From positions 9,165-73,164 of the IMG/VR virus record IMGVR_UViG_3300042868_007692: DNA of 64,000 bases; one strand, given 5' to 3'. Source of the DNA: a virus. Under the pieces are notes generated by a model that saw only the letters and a list, made by a program, of their open reading frames with translations, did no database searches and was not told the origin of the DNA. The position numbers were made by a program, and so were the translations under genes. The stretch's first letter is position 1. Each line of letters opens with the position of its first letter. Positions 52,069 through 62,831 of the stretch are shown piece by piece.

Positions 52069-55000
52069 TTATCTTTCTGATATATTTTTATTTAAACTAG
52101 AATAGTAGAAAGTCAGCCTTTTATTGGTATCAAAAGTATCAAAAATTAATCTGACTACCAAGAACTTGTCTCTGAAACTTTCTAATTCATTCCAACTCTT
52201 AGTATAAGAAAGACATGCCGGGTTTACAATTTTGTCTATGTAATAGTTAGATTGTAATGCATTCAATTCTTTAATAAACATAGGAACTGCTACAGTAGTT
52301 CTAATATCTCTCATATCATTTAAAGTCCAATCTCTTTCATTTCTATCAGCTAGAATAGAGCCTGAGCCTAAAGTATTTTGAGTTTGTTGTAATAAATAGT
52401 TACTAGAGTCATTAGACTTAGTTGTAATATTTAAGATACCACTTATTTGTTCTGTATTATAAAATAAAACTTTATTGAAAGTAGTATTTCTAATATCATT
52501 ATACTCTTGAGTAGTTGCATCAAATTGTTTAGCTTCAGTTTGAAACATCATATAATTCCAAAGTTTAGTTGATAACAACTGAGGGTTATCTACATACTCC
52601 ACAATAAAAGGATAAGTAGTTCCATAAAAAGTTCTGTAGTGGCCTTGTCTATTATGTCTCCATAAAGAATTAGATCCTTGAGGCCATGAATAAAACTTCT
52701 CTTGATTATGTAAATAGAAACTAGGTAAATAAGGATGCCAACTTCTCCACTCTTGTCTTTTTAAAGAGTAACTCATAGTCCAACTATTATTAACTAAGTT
52801 AGCAGCTAAGTTATAAGGAGTTCCAGAGATGTAATCATACTCTACAGTTTCAATTTCTACTTCTTCTGTCACTGTAGTTGTTTCATAGTATCCAGGTATA
52901 TCTACAGCAGGAGCACAGTTTTGACTTAAATCATAAGTGTAATTTGCAGTAGTAATTTCAAAAGTGTAACCAGCTTCAATCATAATTAAAAAGACTCCAG
53001 CAGTACAGTCATTTACATCTAATAATAATTCTACATAACCTACAACAGGAATTACTCCAGTGTATAATACTACAGTGTTTCCTTCACAGTTTATGTAACC
53101 TACTACATAAAAACCTGAACCAGGAGGAACATACTCAGACTCTGTAGATTGTATTATGATAGCAGCTTTTTTAATAAAAGAGTAAGGTGAAACACACTCA
53201 TCACCTCCAGGCACAGGAGGAACCCAAGTTTGAATTTCTCTTGTTATAGTTTCTGTAGTAATAACTTTTCTTTGAAAAGCTAACTCACAATCTTGTATAC
53301 CTATGTAATCCCAACCATCAGCTACTTTATCTGCAATAGTTTCAGAAATGTTTTCAAAAATTACAGGTGTAGAAGACCCTAAACATAATTGATAATCTTG
53401 AGCAGGAAGATTTAATAATTTAAAATCTTTCTTAGTTACAATTAACCTCTCCTTATTAGTATCATAAGTGGATATAAAACCTACTCCTAAAGGATTAGAA
53501 GGGTTATTAGAATAAGGATATTGCTCTCTGTTAGCATTATAGTAATCTTGCTCAACTAGGAAATCCATGTGAGTTTTAAACCAAGAAGAATTACCATTAT
53601 CACTAATAGGCTGTAACTGCTCTCCATTAAATAAGTACCATTTCTTTTCTTTTACAGAAGGAAATAATACTCCATACTTAGTTTTAGTTCTACCCCATTT
53701 GTGTTTATTACCAGCAGAAGAGTTATTGTCATCTACCATTTTTCTTGGGGGAATAGAAAAGTAATCTCCAGTCCCAATGAAAGAAATGACATCTCCTGTA
53801 ACTCTTTCTTGAAAACTCTGAGGACAATGCCAAAGACCTTCTTCAGTGTGAATGTAAAGATTATTTTGTATTCTAAAGATATCAGTTATTTTTCCTGTTT
53901 CAGCTTCAAGGTCTTTGTAGTTGTTAGGTAAAAACATTCTAAAGTTATCTGTAATTTCTTCTTGAAAAGCTTGCTCTGACCAATGCCATCTATGAGGAAA
54001 CTTTTCAGTACAATCTGAACAGCAATCATATTCTAAAGCTAAATGGTTAAAGAACTTTTGTTTATTTCTTCTAGTATAATCTGGATTTAAAAGATACATT
54101 TCTGCAGCAGCTAATCCAATATAACTTTTATATCCTTTTCTTTTAGCATCAAAGAAGGTAAGTTTATTTACCATGTGACTATCTAAAGAAGTGGTAGGTT
54201 TAATATTTTCTGTAGTAACAGAGTAGATATCAAAGTATTCCCAACTTCCTTCAGGGACATTAGTGCCTTCTTCTCTATTCTTAGGGGCCCCTAAAAAATC
54301 AGGAGTACTGTCTGTAGCTCCATGTCTTAAATTCATATTAATTGAAGATTCAAACCATAAGTTAGCACATTCTCCTAACCATTGAATTTCATCATCAGAT
54401 GGATTTTTTCTAAAACCTCTTTCTTCTCCAGATACAGGATCTTTATCTACTAACACATAGTGGTCAGTTACAGTGTCCCTAAGACCTGCGTTATACAATT
54501 CATTGTAAGCTTTGTTCCAAGCATCTTGTTTAATTCCTGACATAACTAAAGAAGTAGCTACACCTACTGCTGCTGCTGAAGCAGCTAAACCTGCAGAAGC
54601 AACTATTAAAGGAGTTCCTGCACCAAGACTAAAGATAGTCACTACAATAGCAGCTACTACAAGAACTGCAGCTATAATAAAATTCCAAGCATTAGTTTTA
54701 CCTGCTCTTTTTCTCATTCTAGTATCATGATAAATACTATTTACATATCTCATAGGACATATATAACTATCTCCATTAAAGATTTCACAAGTACTTGTAG
54801 TAAAAGATTCAGGATTTCTACTTTCTTTATAGTAAGGGTCTAATCTAAAATTAGAGTAAGGATTAGTTTGTTGTCTAAAAAGATAGACATAAGGTAAACT
54901 ATTAACTACTCCGAAATCATAGTTTTCTCTTAAAGACAGTATTCCTATTTTATTATCACAAGCTAAGTTAAATACATCTACAGGTTTATCTTCTCTATCT

Positions 55001-57540
55001 AAGAGTTCTTTATCTTCTAAGGCATTAAGGTAGAATACACTTCTTAAACTATCTGAGTCAAAATTGATATCTGTAGCATCTTCAAATACAGTTCTATTAT
55101 CTCTAGTTTTAATGTGTAAAGAAAAACCATCATCATCTCTCATTCCTCTTTTATGCTTTCCACTTACATAACCAGAGCCATCAGCTACATCATTTATCTT
55201 AGTTCTGCTATAGATAGCTTCTTCTTTTGTAAACTTACCTTGTTGAATAATTTTATAAAAAGAAGAGTATTCTTCTCCCTTAAATTTATGTTCCGGAGAA
55301 ATAAATCCTACAAAGTCTTTTTTAATTTTAGTGTTAAATTGAGATGAGAACTCAAATTGAGGAAACAATAATCCTTGAGAAACAAAATGTTTTTCTTGGA
55401 TAGTAGGAGTCAATACAGCACTACCTACAACAGTTCTATCTGATTCTTTTCTTTCATTTCTAACTATGTAATATCCAGTGATTTCTTTACCATCTACTTC
55501 AGCAGGTTCTGGTAACACTATGTTAGAAAATTTAACTCCAAGAATAGTACTTACATAACTATCTTGAGAAGTGTTAATTACTCCTTCTAAAACAGTTATA
55601 GTATAAGTTAAATCTGTAAGAGTTGAGACTACAGTGTAAACATCCATACCTGAAGAAGACACAGAAGTAGGACCAGTTAAAGCTGTAGTAGCTGTGGTGC
55701 CATCTGCTAGAGTTTCTACTATTTCTAATACTTCTACTACATCAGCAAAAATATTAGAAGAATTAAAATCAAAGATTAAATCTGCAGTAGTGTCTTCATC
55801 AGGCCCTACTACATAATCTTCTAAAGATAAGGGCTCTGTAAAAGTATCTTCTACAGTATCCTCTGTATATTTTATTTGTACAGTTAAAGGGTATCTAAGA
55901 TCTCCTTCACTATATTCAGCACAAGTTGTATCTGTTTCATCTTCACAAACTACAGGTACTGATATACCAGTAGCAGTAGCTTTAATACTGATAAGTTTGT
56001 TTAACTCAGTTAGATTTTCTGAAGTTTGCTTTTCTACAAAAGGAATACCTATATCAGTTCTTAAAGGGAATCTATGATGTCTTACAGGAGTATTAGTTAA
56101 AAGATTACCATTGCAATCTTTACCCCAATAATTATCTACTCCACAACTTTCATCTTCTATATATTGAGTATCTTGACAAGCATTTTCTATAATAGCCATA
56201 GGATAAACATTCTCAGCAGGAGAGTATACCATTTCAGCATCTCCACTTTTTCCTGGAATATGATATGCAGGGCTAACTGTGTTATCTTTAAAAATATAAA
56301 CAATACCAAAAGAATAGATTTCTCCTGGTTGATATCCTACACCATTAAAATGAACTGAAGGATTCTTAGAGTTAATGTCATCTAAAGAGTTTAAAGAAAC
56401 TTGTCTTACAACAACATCAGCACTAATTTTAGAAGCATATTTTTGAAGTTTACAAAAGTTAATTTGAGGACCTTCTACATCTCCTAAGATTAATCTGTTT
56501 TCAATCTGTTCTATGCTTTGAGCTTTTTCAATAATGTTATTGAAAATAGTTAATTCTTCTTGGCTAATCTCAGATTCAAAATTAGTACCTGTATAATAAA
56601 AGGTACTATTTTGAGTAGAGATTTCTTGAGTTAATTTAGTAGCAGAAATTAATCCTCCTCCTGCATTAGCTTCAGTAATAGCAATTTGATAGAAAGGATA
56701 ATTAGTATCCAAAGTATTTGGATCTAATACAATCTTGATAGCTTTGTTACTATTAGGATAATTTAGGTAACTATCATTGACTTCTTTAGTGGCCCCTTCA
56801 ACATCAGGGTAATCTAAAGTGGATGCAGAATTGTATATCATAATAGTTTCTGTACTACTTATGAATTCTGTTGGATTAAAATCCTCATCTAAATATCTGA
56901 TAGAAAAATTATAAGAACCTGGAGGCAAACTACCTCCATTATCTAACACTAGTATTTGCTCAAAGTGTGGAATCTTTTTGTAACTCTTAAAAAGATTAAA
57001 TCTATCTACATCCCAAGCTCCTAAGTCTGTTTTAAAATCCTCAGGTTTATCCAATATAAAAAGCCTAGGTTTAGGGTCAACCCAGTACACAGTTCTTTCA
57101 CAACCTCTTCTTAATCTAAAAGTGGCATCTATTTGTTGGTCTAATCTAAACCCTAATTTATCTACTTGTTGAGAGTCATCTACATGCACTATTAAGTTAC
57201 ACTCTTTATCTAACTCACAGATAATAGAATTACCTGAAGTATGTCCTAAAAATAAAAGAAAATTATCTTCTCCAATATAAACTTTACCTAAAGGAATATA
57301 CGGAGTACCTGAAAAATTATTAGGATATTTAGGCAAAGTATAACAAGCCTCATTAGATTCTTCAGTAGAAATAGTACCTAAATCTCCTTCTTTAGTTTCA
57401 TCTACTCCTGTCATTACAAATCTCGTAGTGCCTGGTGGTTGATTTACTAAAGAAGAATCTGTATTTAGTCCTCCTCCTATTTGAACATTACCTAAACTTT
57501 GGTCTATATTTGGTTCTTGATCATTTTCTTTCTTAGCCAT
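52069..57540 (-). CDS. Tail stabilisation/muzzle protein (P22 gp10-like, crAss-type)
   Basis: N-terminal GGLNTD, beta-rich body, C-terminal WTMSYS..WRSWHPYLP and FRDKFLVVRL. Confidence 0.75.
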   Translation of the reverse strand: MAKKENDQEPNIDQSLGNVQIGGGLNTDSSLVNQPPGTTRFVMTGVDETKEGDLGTISTEESNEACYTLPKYPNNFSGTPYIPLGKVYIGEDNFLLFLGHTSGNSIICELDKECNLIVHVDDSQQVDKLGFRLDQQIDATFRLRRGCERTVYWVDPKPRLFILDKPEDFKTDLGAWDVDRFNLFKSYKKIPHFEQILVLDNGGSLPPGSYNFSIRYLDEDFNPTEFISSTETIMIYNSASTLDYPDVEGATKEVNDSYLNYPNSNKAIKIVLDPNTLDTNYPFYQIAITEANAGGGLISATKLTQEISTQNSTFYYTGTNFESEISQEELTIFNNIIEKAQSIEQIENRLILGDVEGPQINFCKLQKYASKISADVVVRQVSLNSLDDINSKNPSVHFNGVGYQPGEIYSFGIVYIFKDNTVSPAYHIPGKSGDAEMVYSPAENVYPMAIIENACQDTQYIEDESCGVDNYWGKDCNGNLLTNTPVRHHRFPLRTDIGIPFVEKQTSENLTELNKLISIKATATGISVPVVCEDETDTTCAEYSEGDLRYPLTVQIKYTEDTVEDTFTEPLSLEDYVVGPDEDTTADLIFDFNSSNIFADVVEVLEIVETLADGTTATTALTGPTSVSSSGMDVYTVVSTLTDLTYTITVLEGVINTSQDSYVSTILGVKFSNIVLPEPAEVDGKEITGYYIVRNERKESDRTVVGSAVLTPTIQEKHFVSQGLLFPQFEFSSQFNTKIKKDFVGFISPEHKFKGEEYSSFYKIIQQGKFTKEEAIYSRTKINDVADGSGYVSGKHKRGMRDDDGFSLHIKTRDNRTVFEDATDINFDSDSLRSVFYLNALEDKELLDREDKPVDVFNLACDNKIGILSLRENYDFGVVNSLPYVYLFRQQTNPYSNFRLDPYYKESRNPESFTTSTCEIFNGDSYICPMRYVNSIYHDTRMRKRAGKTNAWNFIIAAVLVVAAIVVTIFSLGAGTPLIVASAGLAASAAAVGVATSLVMSGIKQDAWNKAYNELYNAGLRDTVTDHYVLVDKDPVSGEERGFRKNPSDDEIQWLGECANLWFESSINMNLRHGATDSTPDFLGAPKNREEGTNVPEGSWEYFDIYSVTTENIKPTTSLDSHMVNKLTFFDAKRKGYKSYIGLAAAEMYLLNPDYTRRNKQKFFNHLALEYDCCSDCTEKFPHRWHWSEQAFQEEITDNFRMFLPNNYKDLEAETGKITDIFRIQNNLYIHTEEGLWHCPQSFQERVTGDVISFIGTGDYFSIPPRKMVDDNNSSAGNKHKWGRTKTKYGVLFPSVKEKKWYLFNGEQLQPISDNGNSSWFKTHMDFLVEQDYYNANREQYPYSNNPSNPLGVGFISTYDTNKERLIVTKKDFKLLNLPAQDYQLCLGSSTPVIFENISETIADKVADGWDYIGIQDCELAFQRKVITTETITREIQTWVPPVPGGDECVSPYSFIKKAAIIIQSTESEYVPPGSGFYVVGYINCEGNTVVLYTGVIPVVGYVELLLDVNDCTAGVFLIMIEAGYTFEITTANYTYDLSQNCAPAVDIPGYYETTTVTEEVEIETVEYDYISGTPYNLAANLVNNSWTMSYSLKRQEWRSWHPYLPSFYLHNQEKFYSWPQGSNSLWRHNRQGHYRTFYGTTYPFIVEYVDNPQLLSTKLWNYMMFQTEAKQFDATTQEYNDIRNTTFNKVLFYNTEQISGILNITTKSNDSSNYLLQQTQNTLGSGSILADRNERDWTLNDMRDIRTTVAVPMFIKELNALQSNYYIDKIVNPACLSYTKSWNELESFRDKFLVVRLIFDTFDTNKRLTFYYSSLNKNISER

Positions 57541-57542
57541 AA

Positions 57543-58559
57543 TTATAACATAAAGGATGAATTACCTGATGTGTATCTGTATTTGTTTGTAAAATTAGGA
57601 TCATTAAATATCCTATTCTCAGCTCTACCTAATTTACCAAAGAAACCATAATATCTTTTTTGATTAGGAATCAAGTAATTAGATTGTTCCATAAGATTCT
57701 GATATTCATCAGTACCCCAAGGCATCTTAGCTTTGTTCTTAAATTGTTTGACATATTTTAGCCATCTTGCTTCAGCTACTTGGGCTAATTGCATAGCACC
57801 TTCTCTGTGGTTCCAAGCTTCTCTTTCTTTTACTTTCCAACCTAAGTAGTAAGTAATAGCTGCCTTAGCTGATTCATCATCAGGAACCATAGGGTAACCT
57901 GTTTCAGGGTCTACTTTACTTCTTAAATAAGCTAGAGCTACAAACCCATCTTTAAAACTAAATCTAAGTTGGTCTTGTACTACAGTGTATTCTTCATGTA
58001 CTACAGTATTTGTACTATATAAACCTTCAGTATCTGGAGTTTGACAAACTAGAGAATTAAAGAAAGTGTGGTTAGCTAACCTTACCGGGGTAAATTTAGA
58101 TTGATGTAGTTTAGAATGAACCCAACCTAAGTACTCATATTGTAAATCAAAGTAAGGTCTATAGTAAGCCAATTCCTGATCTGCTATGGGGTCTCCATGA
58201 CAATCCACAGCCACCAAACTAGAATCATAACCTCCACAAGTATCACACTCTGTAGTACTAGGAGTAACCAACTCTTCTAATAAAACTTCTGGAGTGCAAT
58301 TAGTTTCTTCTGATGCAGTCCAAGCATTATTTTTAGCCACTTGAATTATGTGTTGTAATCCATTAGGTAAAGCTGCTTGATAGTTTTTTACTTCTAAAAA
58401 AGCAATAGCTTCTTCAGAATTAGAAGTCATCTTCATGTGCCCTAAAGCTTCTCCTATCCATTCAATAGCCTCATCTTCATTAAGCTCATTGCCTCTGAAG
58501 TCTCTTAGATACTTAGATAGGATTGTATCTACTGTTACATATTGAAATCTTTGTTGCAT
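57543..58559 (-). CDS. Tail tubular/ring protein
   Basis: IEWIGEAL..EVKNYQAALP..LAY..YPMVPDDES..AITYY; directly upstream of the muzzle gene. Confidence 0.7.
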   Translation of the reverse strand: MQQRFQYVTVDTILSKYLRDFRGNELNEDEAIEWIGEALGHMKMTSNSEEAIAFLEVKNYQAALPNGLQHIIQVAKNNAWTASEETNCTPEVLLEELVTPSTTECDTCGGYDSSLVAVDCHGDPIADQELAYYRPYFDLQYEYLGWVHSKLHQSKFTPVRLANHTFFNSLVCQTPDTEGLYSTNTVVHEEYTVVQDQLRFSFKDGFVALAYLRSKVDPETGYPMVPDDESAKAAITYYLGWKVKEREAWNHREGAMQLAQVAEARWLKYVKQFKNKAKMPWGTDEYQNLMEQSNYLIPNQKRYYGFFGKLGRAENRIFNDPNFTNKYRYTSGNSSFML

Positions 58560-58565
58560 CTTAGT

Positions 58566-58829
58566 TTAATTTAATAGTTGTATTGCCCCTATAATAAGTC
58601 CTCCAAATATACTTAAAAATATATCTTTTTTTGAGTATTGAGCTTTATAATTTTTTACTTGTTCTATTTCCCATACATGGCCCACTATGGCACATAGCCA
58701 ACATCCTACCAATAGTCCTAATACATTATTCAAAACTAAGTTAGGAATTAATGCAATTAGAAAACCTCCTACAATATGCAAAAGGTTTCTATGTTTCCAA
58801 CTCTTAGTTAACTCAATTAAATATTTCAT
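58566..58829 (-). CDS. Small membrane protein (3 TM)
   Basis: LHIVGGFLI..GHVWEIEQ..DIFLSIFGGLIIG. Confidence 0.65.
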   Translation of the reverse strand: MKYLIELTKSWKHRNLLHIVGGFLIALIPNLVLNNVLGLLVGCWLCAIVGHVWEIEQVKNYKAQYSKKDIFLSIFGGLIIGAIQLLN

Positions 58830-59068
58830 TATAAGAATTTATGATTTGGGCTATTTGGAAAAATTTCTTTATCTCCAAAGTTTATTTCTATTGCACTAAG
58901 AATATCATAGTGATAACCTTCAATAGATTCTATTTCTCCTATTTCTACAACACATAAAGAACCCTCATTTAAAATGTAAGTTTCTTCTTCAATTACATAA
59001 ACTTGCTTTAATACTAAATCTTCTAAAGCTTGTTCTTTTGTTGTATATTTTAATTTATACTCATACAT
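58829..59068 (-). CDS. Small fibre-associated hypothetical protein
   Basis: ATG at 59068, 2 nt after the fibre stop; GYHYDI..PNSPNHKF. Confidence 0.6.
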   Translation of the reverse strand: MYEYKLKYTTKEQALEDLVLKQVYVIEEETYILNEGSLCVVEIGEIESIEGYHYDILSAIEINFGDKEIFPNSPNHKFL

Positions 59069-59070
59069 AA

Positions 59071-61002
59071 TTACAAAGTTGTTAAGGCTAAACATTCAGC
59101 ATCACTCAATTGAGTATTAAATAAAGCCATTGATTTTATATTAATAAATGGAGTTTCTGATACAGAGGGAGAAGTTCTTGTTCCAATATAAGTTAAAGGT
59201 AAAGTACCTATAAAAGCACTAGCTGTTACAACCTTCACTCCATTTTCAAAAACATCAAAACTTCCAACAACACCAATACTATATTTAATTACAAGTTTTA
59301 CTTCATTAGCAGAAGTTGTATATATATTTTGAGTTATAACTCCTCCTATAGATTTAGTAATTTCTGACCTTCTTAAAGTTCCAGATGTTGACCTTCTTAT
59401 TGCAATACCATTAAAATTTACTGTAGCAGTATCAGATATTCCTAAACCTCTATCTATAGGTGTTGCCGCTTCTCTAGTTATTGGAATATTATCTACTATA
59501 TGAATAAACCAAGTTCCTCCTGTTGCAGAAACTATATTGTTTGCCACTAAATTTGAAAGAGCTAATCCTTCATTTGCTCTTGTAACTGCTGTTCCATAAG
59601 TAGGAATATAAGAAGTTGCGTTAAAAACACTTGTAGTTGTAAGTCCTGCTCCTGGCCATTGTTCAAATTGCCAACCCCATAAAAATAAACCATCAGTACC
59701 ATTTCCTGCAAAAGCTATATTTCCTGAATTATCTGTTAGTAAAGTATCAGCAACAGAACCCGCTGTTCCTGTAACAGAACATCTATACCATCCATTTGGA
59801 TAAGCAGTTATTCTACCTATACCTGTACTAATGTTGGTAAAAGTTCCATTGTCTAAATCAAATAAAGCTCCAATTGCTGCTGCTGCACTTACCCCTAATC
59901 TAAATTTTGTTAATTCTCCTTTTTTTGCAAAAACTGAAACAGTAACTGTTGAAGCTGTTGCATTATATCCATAAGTGTTTAATCTAATTCTATGATTACC
60001 ATTAACAACACTTGGTATAACTTTGTCTGCTGTTGTATTACCATCAGGAGCTACAATTTGATTAACAGAAATACTGACCTCTGAAGGTGTATATACACTT
60101 GCTTGAGTCATATCTTCACTGAATGTAATCAGGTTAGTTCTTGAAGGTTCTATTTCTATTAGAGGACAAGTTCCTAAAGTATAATCTAATCTAGGTATAT
60201 TAGTTCTATCACTTGTTCTTACATAAGGTTTAATATAACCTTTGTCAAATTGAGCTCCCCAAACATAAACACTATCATTTAAATTTGCAGCAAACATATT
60301 AAGTAAGAAGGGATTAACTGCTACTGAAGTATTAGCTGTTAAATATAATCTTATCCAACCACTACCTACATTTTCAGCTCCGTAAGCTAAGATAGTACCC
60401 TGAACATCAGAAAAAGCACCTGTAGTAAAATTGTAGTTAAATTGTGTACCAGAAACAAGTCTTATACCAACTAAATCTCCTACATTTTTTTTAACATATA
60501 AACTTATTGTTACAATTCCTAAATAAAAAGTTGTTGAAGTTCTGCTTATATTTGAAGTTTGATTGATGTTAGCTGTTTTAGTAAATAAATCTGCTGTTAA
60601 AGTTCCATCAGGTGCTGTAGTTACATTGGGAGTAAGTGTTCCAGCAGATTTAAACCAATAGCCATTAGAAAATTCCTCACTAAATTGAAATAAGTTATAA
60701 GGAACATCTTCTACTAATCCATTTGGCATAGTTTCAGTAGCACTCCCTGCTCTTGAAAATGTAAAATCTCCATTTCCATTAGAGGGAATAATGCTGTATA
60801 ACTTAGCCATTTTAATAGCATTAGGAGCTACTAACAAAGAAGCTTGTTGTAATACAGCTAAACTATTTAATGAAGTTAAGGAAGATTTTAAACAAGACTC
60901 TGCTTCAAAAGTTCCTCCATCTGAAGTAACTCTTGTTTTAAATTGTTTTATAAGTCTTACAACATAAGAAATAGAGGGAAGTTTAAATAGACCTATACTC
61001 AT
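59071..61002 (-). CDS. Fibre/spike protein with two tandem beta-sandwich repeats
   Basis: Repeats NLFQFSEEF..APDGTLTAD..VWGAQF and NLITFSEDM..APDGNTTAD..LWGWQF; S/T/G-rich. Confidence 0.75.
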   Translation of the reverse strand: MSIGLFKLPSISYVVRLIKQFKTRVTSDGGTFEAESCLKSSLTSLNSLAVLQQASLLVAPNAIKMAKLYSIIPSNGNGDFTFSRAGSATETMPNGLVEDVPYNLFQFSEEFSNGYWFKSAGTLTPNVTTAPDGTLTADLFTKTANINQTSNISRTSTTFYLGIVTISLYVKKNVGDLVGIRLVSGTQFNYNFTTGAFSDVQGTILAYGAENVGSGWIRLYLTANTSVAVNPFLLNMFAANLNDSVYVWGAQFDKGYIKPYVRTSDRTNIPRLDYTLGTCPLIEIEPSRTNLITFSEDMTQASVYTPSEVSISVNQIVAPDGNTTADKVIPSVVNGNHRIRLNTYGYNATASTVTVSVFAKKGELTKFRLGVSAAAAIGALFDLDNGTFTNISTGIGRITAYPNGWYRCSVTGTAGSVADTLLTDNSGNIAFAGNGTDGLFLWGWQFEQWPGAGLTTTSVFNATSYIPTYGTAVTRANEGLALSNLVANNIVSATGGTWFIHIVDNIPITREAATPIDRGLGISDTATVNFNGIAIRRSTSGTLRRSEITKSIGGVITQNIYTTSANEVKLVIKYSIGVVGSFDVFENGVKVVTASAFIGTLPLTYIGTRTSPSVSETPFINIKSMALFNTQLSDAECLALTTL

Positions 61003-61385
61003 TAGTTAAAGATATTAAAGGTTACTGTGAAAGTACTTGTAGGAATATTTGCTGCAAAGATTTTTACACTTCCTGTAGAACTTTCAGTTCTAGGATAGAT
61101 TTCAGCATTTTGAACAATATTGTAAGCACTATTATCAGGCACTATATAAACTATAGAAGTAGCCGTAATATTAGAGTTAGTCAATACTTTTTCATATAAA
61201 CCTGAAACTAAAGTCCAACCTGAAGTAGTAACAGAAACCCCTTGTACTACAATAGGGCTGTCTGCTTTATCTTCTAAAGTAGTTTCTATAATCTCAACTC
61301 TTTCTATTAGTTTAAAGAGTTTATTACAACAGGCTCTAAAGGTGTTCTCTAGTTGCTTTAATCTTTCTTGTATTGACTTTGACAT
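61002..61385 (-). CDS. Putative fibre-associated structural protein
   Basis: N-terminal coiled coil, T/S/V-rich beta domain. Confidence 0.6.
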   Translation of the reverse strand: MSKSIQERLKQLENTFRACCNKLFKLIERVEIIETTLEDKADSPIVVQGVSVTTSGWTLVSGLYEKVLTNSNITATSIVYIVPDNSAYNIVQNAEIYPRTESSTGSVKIFAANIPTSTFTVTFNIFN

Positions 61386-61387
61386 AA

Positions 61388-61654
61388 TTAATCTAATTTA
61401 TCAGCTAAGGATTTTTCCTTTGGCAAGTTAATTTTTACAGGATTTTCTTTTTGATACCATTCTTTAGAAAAGTAATCATATTTAGTTTCAGTACTTCCTT
61501 GAGGAGTCCATTGAATATCATAAGATTTTCTAATGATAAAACCATTCTCAATTTCTCTTACAGAGATATCTGAACTTTTTTTTACTATTGTTGCTCCTTC
61601 AGGTAAATTAAATTCTTTCTTACCTTCTACTCTAGCATTCATTAATTCTGACAT
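61388..61654 (-). CDS. Hypothetical protein
   Basis: 88-aa ORF in the packed operon. Confidence 0.65.
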   Translation of the reverse strand: MSELMNARVEGKKEFNLPEGATIVKKSSDISVREIENGFIIRKSYDIQWTPQGSTETKYDYFSKEWYQKENPVKINLPKEKSLADKLD

Positions 61655-61658
61655 ATTT

Positions 61659-62129
61659 TTAAGTTTTAATTAAATACTCTTTCTTTTGTTTAATACTCTT
61701 GTGAATATTTCTCTTATTATTCCTTGTGAGAATAAAATTGTAATACAGTTTGTTTTCAATAGGCACTCTATTCTTAGACCAAACCACTTTATAAACTATA
61801 CCATCTGTTTCTTCATTTAAGCAATACACTATCTTCTTAGTTTGTTTTGCTTCAGGATTACTATCCCATAATTTTTTAGTAGCTGCCCAATTAGGAGGTA
61901 ACATAGGTATTCCTTTTTTATTAAAAGCTAACTTCTTTTTAGTACCTTGAATAAACATAGTTCCCATTCTAGCTGGCAAAGTTATCTCTTCTCCTTCTAT
62001 TACTTTATTCATCAAGAACTCCATGTACTCATTAGAAAGAGATATAAACTCTTTTATTTCTACAGGCTTTTCAGATTCTTCTTTGTATCTTTTAAAAGCA
62101 CTTCTAATATTTAAGGTTGTCTTTATCAT
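61659..62129 (-). CDS. HU/IHF-like DNA-binding protein
   Basis: EYMEFLMNKVIEGEEITLPARMGTMFI matches the HU/IHF helix2-beta1 pattern; basic. Confidence 0.7.
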   Translation of the reverse strand: MIKTTLNIRSAFKRYKEESEKPVEIKEFISLSNEYMEFLMNKVIEGEEITLPARMGTMFIQGTKKKLAFNKKGIPMLPPNWAATKKLWDSNPEAKQTKKIVYCLNEETDGIVYKVVWSKNRVPIENKLYYNFILTRNNKRNIHKSIKQKKEYLIKT

Positions 62130-62830
62130 TATCTTCCTTCAGGTCTTTGAATATCTCTTGAATTATTTTGAATATCTTCACTTCTTTGACCAAATACTCC
62201 AATAATTTCTTGTACACAAATATCAATTAAAGGTTCTATTAAGTCTCCATCAATATCAAATTCATGGTCATAAGCTGGAATACAATCTGTACAATCTTGG
62301 CAATCATCACATAAAGAAGGGTAATGCTTAGCTTCTAAAGGATCTTCAGCTAATAGTTTTATCTTAACTACACCTGGAGATTTTTTTAATGGAAAATAGA
62401 AATACCCATTTTCAAAAAGGTATTTAGGTTTAGTTCCAGTATACTTGTTTCCTTTTAAGTAAAGAACCCCTTGTCTTGATACCTCTTCTATTCTTTGACC
62501 ATTCTCTACAGTCATTACATATTCTACATAATGTCTATTAGAATCTGTCAATACTCTTGGAACTTTAAACTTAGTTCTATAAACATCACAGCCTAAGTCT
62601 CCAAGGCAGGAACATTCATGGTTAGGTACTTTAATAAGTTCTACACAAGGTAAAACAGAATAGTTCCAATCACTTACTCTTTGTTTCTTTTTTAATTGTT
62701 GAGAAATAAGTTGCATTCTCACAGTAAGAATCTTGTTATAGACATGTCTGTCTGATAACCTAGACTCATCACTAGATACCCCTTTAGAATAAAGAGATTG
62801 GATTCTTTCTATGACTTCTTTTATATACAT
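62129..62830 (-). CDS. Conserved structural (ring/connector-like) protein
   Basis: SDESRLSDRHV..LPCVELIKVP..EDP pattern; located in the structural block. Confidence 0.6.
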   Translation of the reverse strand: MYIKEVIERIQSLYSKGVSSDESRLSDRHVYNKILTVRMQLISQQLKKKQRVSDWNYSVLPCVELIKVPNHECSCLGDLGCDVYRTKFKVPRVLTDSNRHYVEYVMTVENGQRIEEVSRQGVLYLKGNKYTGTKPKYLFENGYFYFPLKKSPGVVKIKLLAEDPLEAKHYPSLCDDCQDCTDCIPAYDHEFDIDGDLIEPLIDICVQEIIGVFGQRSEDIQNNSRDIQRPEGR

Positions 62831-62831
62831 C

